Assembly: GCF_035285525.1 (NCBI RefSeq)
Contig: NZ_JAYKGW010000089.1
Location: 1-17,090, forward strand
Length of the DNA stretch: 17,090 bases
Direction: 5' to 3'
Source of the DNA: Okeania sp.
GTDB lineage: Bacteria; Cyanobacteriota; Cyanobacteriia; Cyanobacteriales; Microcoleaceae
Positions 15,633 through 17,090 of the stretch are shown here, piece by piece. Position numbers and translations under genes: made by a program. Position 1 is the stretch's first letter. Each line of letters starts with the position of its first letter. Below the pieces are notes generated by a model that saw only the letters and a list, made by a program, of their open reading frames with translations, was not told the origin of the DNA and did no database searches.

Positions 15633-15775
15633 CAATTAATAATTAATAATTACCTCTTCTTTAAAGAAGGAGATTGACTAATCATGAAAATTTTTGATTT
15701 ATCGCCAATCCTTCGGAAGGTTTCCAGGCGCGAATTGTTGAATGAATAATTATTGACTATCAACTCTTAATTATT
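15633..15775 (+). repeat. 143-bp direct repeat, copy 2
   Basis: See copy 1. Confidence 0.95.
15684..15749 (+). CDS. Hypothetical 21-aa sORF inside repeat copy 2 (MKIFDLSPILRKVSRRELLNE)
   Basis: It has the same context as copy 1 and differs at three codons (R8P, P11R, T13V). Confidence 0.2.
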   Translation: MKIFDLSPILRKVSRRELLNE

Positions 15776-15949
15776 AATTGGTAATCATTCAACCGTCAGC
15801 TATTAGCTATTAATTCATCTTGTTGGGAAGGATAAATTAGTCCTCCAAGGAGAATTAAAAGTTATTAATCAAATATCATCATCCTTAGTAAGTTATTGAC
15901 TTCAAAATCTGAGAGCTATTTGTTTACATTAATCAAGGAAATAATTATT

Positions 15950-17090
15950 ATGAATAATGCACAATCTTCTGAATTTTATCCTGAGTTTGAAAGTTTTCCA
16001 ACTAACGAAATTAACCTCAAACCAGAACATATTGAAGCAGCCTTAGAAATGGTTAGTAATATCAAAGAATATGAACAACAATGGCAAACTTATATTCATA
16101 CTTTGGGTTTTTTTGCTTTTCAAGAATGGTTAGCAGAAAGAGTCCCTGAATTATTTGTAGATCAAACTAATTGTTCAATTTTTCAATCAGAATATGCTAA
16201 TTTAATTCCTGCTGTTTCTAACATTAGAGTGGGAAATTTTCAGGTCTGTTTGATGGTTATGAATTTATTTGAAGAGGTAAATATTCCTGATTTTGTAATT
16301 ACTTTACCAGAATTTACTGCTCATTTTTATGTAGCAGTAGAAGTGGTAGAAGAGTCAAATTTGGCTGCTATTCGTGGATTTTTAACATACAATCAATTAG
16401 TAAATATGAAGAAAAAATCACAGAAAAAATCTAATAATGTTTATCAAATACCTGTGCAATTATTTGATAGTAAAGTAGATAAATTATTGCTAAACTTTCG
16501 CTGTTTAGAACCTACAGCTATTCCTTTACCGAAACCTTCAGTAAATTTATCTGAAATGAGTAAAGAAAAGGCTAATATCTATTTGTCAGATTTACTGGAA
16601 CTGGTGACAACAAAAGCTGTAAATGTTAGATATTGGTTACAAAATCAAACAGATGTAGTTGCTGATTCACTATCCTGGAATTTATTATCTCCAGTATCAC
16701 CTGCACGGAGAAAACCTACAAGAAAAGATGAGGAAAGATTAGAGAAAATTCTTAACCAAATTAATCATGGTAACAGAATGGATATTCCTCCTCATATTGG
16801 TTGTTGTTATAAACACTTTAATTTAGGAGGTAATGAAATTTATCTTTATGCAGTTACTTGGTTAATTTCTGAAGTTGAAAAAGAGTGGAGTTTACTACTA
16901 ATTTTAAGTAGTTCTGAAGGTGAAAAATTACCACCAGGGACAAAATTACGAATTAGCGATCGCACTGGTATTCTAATTGAAAAAGAGCAACAGCAAAATA
17001 AAGAAAATACTTATCCATACGCTTGTGTCGGAGGTGGTTTTGATGAAGAATTTGTGGTGAATATTGTATCACCAAATAATCAAGAAAAAA
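15950..17090 (+). CDS. DUF1822-like protein (cyanobacteria-specific, unknown function), 3'-partial
   Basis: I translated from ATG 15950 to the window end (380 codons) and found no stop. This ORF is not in the supplied track because it is open-ended. Motifs reminiscent of DUF1822 are QQWQTYIHTLGFFAFQEWL, EFTAHFYVAVEVVEESNLAAIRGFLTYNQLV and VNVRYWLQN..W. AAGGA lies 10 nt upstream of the ATG. Confidence 0.65.
   Translation, partial: MNNAQSSEFYPEFESFPTNEINLKPEHIEAALEMVSNIKEYEQQWQTYIHTLGFFAFQEWLAERVPELFVDQTNCSIFQSEYANLIPAVSNIRVGNFQVCLMVMNLFEEVNIPDFVITLPEFTAHFYVAVEVVEESNLAAIRGFLTYNQLVNMKKKSQKKSNNVYQIPVQLFDSKVDKLLLNFRCLEPTAIPLPKPSVNLSEMSKEKANIYLSDLLELVTTKAVNVRYWLQNQTDVVADSLSWNLLSPVSPARRKPTRKDEERLEKILNQINHGNRMDIPPHIGCCYKHFNLGGNEIYLYAVTWLISEVEKEWSLLLILSSSEGEKLPPGTKLRISDRTGILIEKEQQQNKENTYPYACVGGGFDEEFVVNIVSPNNQEK

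Overview
This window looks like chromosomal DNA from a filamentous (Nostocales-type) cyanobacterium. The evidence is six perfect HIP1 octamers (GCGATCGC at 1940, 3774, 4197, 11836, 14270, 16956), many STRR-type heptamer or octamer tandem arrays, nested small dispersed repeats, and cyanobacteria-typical genes. I support ten protein-coding genes. On the minus strand there is a lipoprotein LivK-like binding protein and a Ser/Thr kinase with a TM segment and a C-terminal GUN4-like domain. On the plus strand there is an acyl-ACP/acyl-CoA synthetase (Aas-like), a YlqD-like coiled-coil protein, the pyruvate dehydrogenase E2 (single lipoyl domain) and an MDR-family quinone oxidoreductase. Two more minus-strand genes follow: a small 4-TM membrane protein and a rhomboid protease. 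The last two genes are on the plus strand: a long divergent sigma-70-like HTH protein and a DUF1822-like protein that runs off the window end (this ORF is absent from the ORF track). A decayed vapBC-like toxin-antitoxin pair lies at 11083-11415. Only about 65% of the window is coding, and the intergenic space is packed with at least six repeat families. One locus shows a nested (Russian-doll) insertion with 6-bp target duplications. I see no rRNA, tRNA, CRISPR array, transposase or recognisable defence-system hallmark. The best candidate for something undescribed is the sigma-like/DUF1822 pair together with the duplicated 143-bp element carrying 21-codon sORFs that separates the two genes. This is a hypothesis from reading the sequence by eye, not a demonstrated system. 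Most of the window is housekeeping genes plus repeats.
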